A stretch of 64,000 nt of DNA, taken from the NCBI GenBank assembly GCA_965637545.1, contig OZ281501.1:19158001-19222000 (forward strand). The letters are read 5' to 3'. The stretch is from Phallusia mammillata. Taxonomy: Eukaryota. Below the pieces are notes generated by a model. It was not told where the DNA came from. It searched no databases and saw nothing but the letters and a program-made list of their open reading frames with translations. This document shows positions 60,728 through 64,000 of the stretch, one piece after another. Positions within the stretch are counted from its first letter, which is position 1. Each line of letters starts with the position of its first letter. A program made the position numbers and the translations under genes.

Positions 60728-63337
60728 TTACGACCGGGTCGTACGTGCGGATCTTGACCGGAAGTTCGGCATTTCCGTTACCGGCCCGAGAGTCGCATCG
60801 AGCGTTGCTTTGTATCGAACCTGACGTCCATTGTCCCACGCGTAGATGTAGCGATCACGCGGGTTGTAGTCGATCATCACTGTGTGCCTGTAAACAAAAA
60901 GTAAATTTCGAATTAGCGCAATGCGTTTTGTTCACAAGGTTGTGAGTTCTAATCCTGTCTCAGTCGCTTGTGTCTCCTCGAGTTCGCGATGGGTTTAACT
61001 AAATTGAGGGTCACCAACTGCCCGAATCCAGAAAATCGAATAAAACATAGACTTGCAATAAACAGGCAGCTCAATGGCGGACTCTTTGTATTATATTGTG
61101 ATGTTACACATTGCTTGCATTTTTGTAAAAATAGCTTTTTGTAACAAGCAAAAGTATTCTTGGCCACGTGCGAGTTACGGTTGCATACTAGTTGAATATT
61201 TGGTTTAGACATTAAACCTCGGATTAACCGGATTGATTAATCCGATCTTCCCCGAATTACAACAATACTTGAGGTACAGATGATTTGTAATTGGGCGAGG
61301 CTTGAACTAATCGACATCGGTTAATGCGGATCTTTACCTATTCGGGGCAATTTTGTCTTCGCCTAATCCGAACAAGTTTAATGTAGTTTCTATTAAAGCG
61401 ATTCCATCTTCTCATTTTGCACCCCGTCCCATAATAATTTAGGTTCAATAGCGCCACTTACCGGTAACTGTTGACAAAAGGAATATTGGGTCTCGTAACT
61501 TTTCTCGTTCTCAGATCCACAGCAAAGTTGATTTTAGCATTGGGAGTGTTGTAAGCGCTCACTGTGTACAAAGTCTGGCAACTAATGAAGGCGTTGGCCA
61601 CCGAGCGTTTCTGCAACAGAAGAAATAGTCTTAAAAGTCTTAAATTTTGCTGGAAACAGTTTTTTGATCAATAGTTTGAAATGGATTGATCAGATTTTCA
61701 AAGTCTGTGCTAGTATTTTTGCCTTCTGTGTTGAAATAGGTTTTTATGTGGAACAGGGAACGATTGACTTGGATTCTAAACAGACATAAACTTGCTTTTT
61801 TGTTCAATCGGGAAATATTAACAAGTCATGCAACGTTTCGTCGGGTAACAAGTAACGAAAATTCAAAACGTTAATATTTATCACAATGTGGGCACTTTTT
61901 AAGTGAACTGTGCACATCACTACATACATGATCAAGTCAATACAAAAGAGGCTGCGAGTTTGATATGATCAGAATACAAACGAAGTTGACAACAGATTGA
62001 ACTAAGATCAGAAGACCCCGGGTTCGAATCCCGGCACAACACGTTGTTTAACATGAAGGTTTTAGATCTCACTCACCAAAATCTTGGTCCTGATGGTTTT
62101 GATGATTTTCAACGTGTTCGGGTCCAACTTTGAAACAACGATATTTCCTTTGTTGGCGCGAGTGCTAGAAGTAAAATAAAACTGTTTGGTTGATCAAATG
62201 TATCTAGTTTGCGTTTGCCTCAAACATAATCAGTCTGTATATTTTTTCCAAATACAAGCAACTCTAATTTCCACACAAATGTTTAAAGTCCACATTTGCT
62301 TTGGATTTTTTGTTGTTGATTTGTAAAGACTGTTTAGCCTTCGGTTCCTTCTACATTTCTGAACCACAATTGTCATCAACAGTTTAACACCGAGTTTGTG
62401 CTAGTTTCGTTTTCGTGATGTCACCAAAATATTTTTCAGTTGTTTATTCCCATAAACAGTGGTCGTCGATGACCATACTGTCTGTTGAAAGGTTTGATAT
62501 TGTCCAGTATAATGACTCTCACAACCTACCTGTATATCACCCATATCCCTGTCTCATCTACAGCGAGGTCGATATCAGAAAAGCCTCCATATTGGTAAGC
62601 GAACATTCCATGGTAACCTGCGTTTTTAACTTGACGCTGTCGAACAGTTCGACGAGTTCTCAGATCGAATCTGTGGAAGCAAATGTTGTTGATGGATTCT
62701 TATCTGTTACATGTAAATGCGTGTTGGGAAAAACCGAATTCGGAAATTGTTTTAAGTTTTAGAGTTTGTTTCGCTTGGTGAAAGAAAACAGGACACAAAC
62801 GTGAATCCACAATTTACCATGTAAATAACCAAGAATCAAAAATATGTTTCATGTAACAGAATCAGTCAGTGATTTTACATGAAATATAATATTTCGCCTA
62901 GCTGGCATCTTTAGTGCCTACAAAACCACAGGTTAAGACATTAACAAAATAAATTATCAACTGTTCGATTCTAATTTTTAAACCCAATTTTCGAATCGTT
63001 GTCACTTGATGGCCCCTCATATCACTGATGATAGCATGAACATTTGCCAACGTTTAAACAATAAGTCATATCGTTTTTTACGCTTACTGTATTTGGGCCG
63101 CCGTTATATTCGTGTTTGTCACTTTACTATAAGGGTTTGTCTCATTTACTGCGTTAGTGCAACTTGCGGAGTTTATGAATGAAACCCGAACCTGACAATC
63201 TTTCTGGAATTCCTTCTCTGGTAATACAAACTTCCGTTGTACGTTACAGCCCCGGTACTTTCCAACGGAAACTCCAATCGATGCATGGAAGCTGGTTTAC
63301 GGTCGCGAAACTTCCGCAAGTTGGCGTACTTGAGTAG
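60728..63337 (-). CDS. Olfactomedin-domain protein, myocilin-like (3' part; 5' exons lie beyond the window)
   Basis: Exons 63337-63192, 62670-62530, 62164-62077, 61610-61462 and 60887-60728 give 227 aa in frame. Motifs: [77 protein letters not shown]. Confidence 0.92.
61210..61375. mobile_element. Diverged copy of the Tigger/pogo-like MITE at 3689-3867
   Basis: Aligns by eye to the reverse complement of 3689-3867 (TAAACCT.GG.T.AACCGGA..TTAATCCG.ATCTTC.CCGAATT..TGAGG.ACA.ATGAT.TGTAAT..TAATCGACATC.GTT.AT..GGATCT). Confidence 0.65.
61985..62045 (+). mobile_element. tRNA-derived SINE head in an olfactomedin intron
   Basis: T-arm CCGGG-TTCGAAT-CCCGG at 62018-62034. D-arm and acceptor stem cannot be reconstructed. 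Confidence 0.5.
63020..63059 (+). ncRNA. Degenerate hammerhead-like motif (family copy)
   Basis: TATCA-CTGATGA-T-AGCA-TGAACATT-TGCC-AA-CGTT-TAAAC: GA is deleted from GAAA. The flanks are homologous to 43590-43690. Confidence 0.4.
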
Positions 63338-63615
63338 CTGAAACAGAAACAATACGAATCAAATTGTGATATTAGGTCAGGCTTTGAAGACACTGCTGAT
63401 TGCGACTGCTTAAAGCTGTTAGGTTAATGGTTTAAACCCCAGTCTGGTGTGTTGTGATGTGAAAAGCAATTGGATAGAAGAGTTTATTTTAAAATGCGCC
63501 AATAGATTAAGCGCTCAGCGGAATATATGGAAAATACATTAATACAAGAACTCACACCAGGCATGTTTGCTAAATGCCGTTATATGTTGCGAGTTAAGAT
63601 AAACATAAATTTATA

Positions 63616-63757
63616 ACTGGGATCAGCCCTGAAGCGTTTGCTTTGCAGACCAGCGATCACGTCACATTCGTATATAAATCACAGTACGCCAGGTCCATTG
63701 AAGGCGCCTTCTGATTCGGTATGGCGCCTTCAATGGGCATGGCGTACTGTGATTTAT
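63616..63757. mobile_element. Palindromic MITE-like repeat (family copies at ~25172, ~29925, ~38290, ~40137, ~51455)
   Basis: Head ACTGGGATCAGCCCTGAAGCG..TGCAGACCAGCGATCACG recurs across copies. This copy has a 35-bp inverted repeat at 63674-63708 / 63723-63757 (33/35). Confidence 0.7.
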
Positions 63758-64000
63758 GTTGCGATGTTATAACATAGTAGCTCTACCGGAAACAAATAAG
63801 CACAAAACATGGAAATAGAGAGGGACACGCATGGTTACGTGTGAAATGTTAACACAAAGGATTGGTTTAAGGAACTTGAAGTCCAACGGAATTCTAACGA
63901 AGTGCGAGGGCTTATTACTAGCATCACGGATTCGTGCGTTACATTACGCACGTTGGATGTAAGAATGAATCAAACTTTATTTAATTCATCTACTTTATGG

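Noticed and set aside
61985-62045. Intact tRNA gene
   Set aside because: Only the T-arm/B-box is present, with no acceptor stem or D-arm. It is treated as a SINE remnant.

Overview
This is AT-rich genomic DNA from a compact, intron-containing animal genome with short GT-AG introns. A tunicate/ascidian is my best guess, but that is inference only. There is no CRISPR array, rRNA or convincing intact tRNA gene. Exons were spliced by hand, and all multi-exon models close in frame. 1-20.3 kb is a dense housekeeping cluster: the 3' part of a 5'-nucleotidase (+), DNTTIP2/Fcf2 (-), an intronless DDX18/Has1 (+), a TOR1AIP/LAP1-LULL1-like gene (+), a PhyH-family 2OG-Fe(II) dioxygenase (+) and a NOL8-like gene lacking the N-terminal RRM (+). 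23.1-30.9 kb holds a 14-exon, ~800-aa neuron navigator (NAV/unc-53) gene (-). 31-60.7 kb is a ~30-kb stretch with no recognisable gene and many repeats. 60.7-63.3 kb is the 3' end of a myocilin-like olfactomedin gene (-) that continues past the window. Repeats include several non-autonomous hAT elements with 8-bp TSDs (three of them nested in one intron), Tigger/pogo-like MITEs, a MITE carrying TTAGGG repeats, tRNA-derived SINE heads and a palindromic repeat family. The most interesting signal is a dispersed repeat family of five degenerate copies whose consensus rebuilds a minimal type-I hammerhead ribozyme in a Penelope-like pseudo-LTR context.
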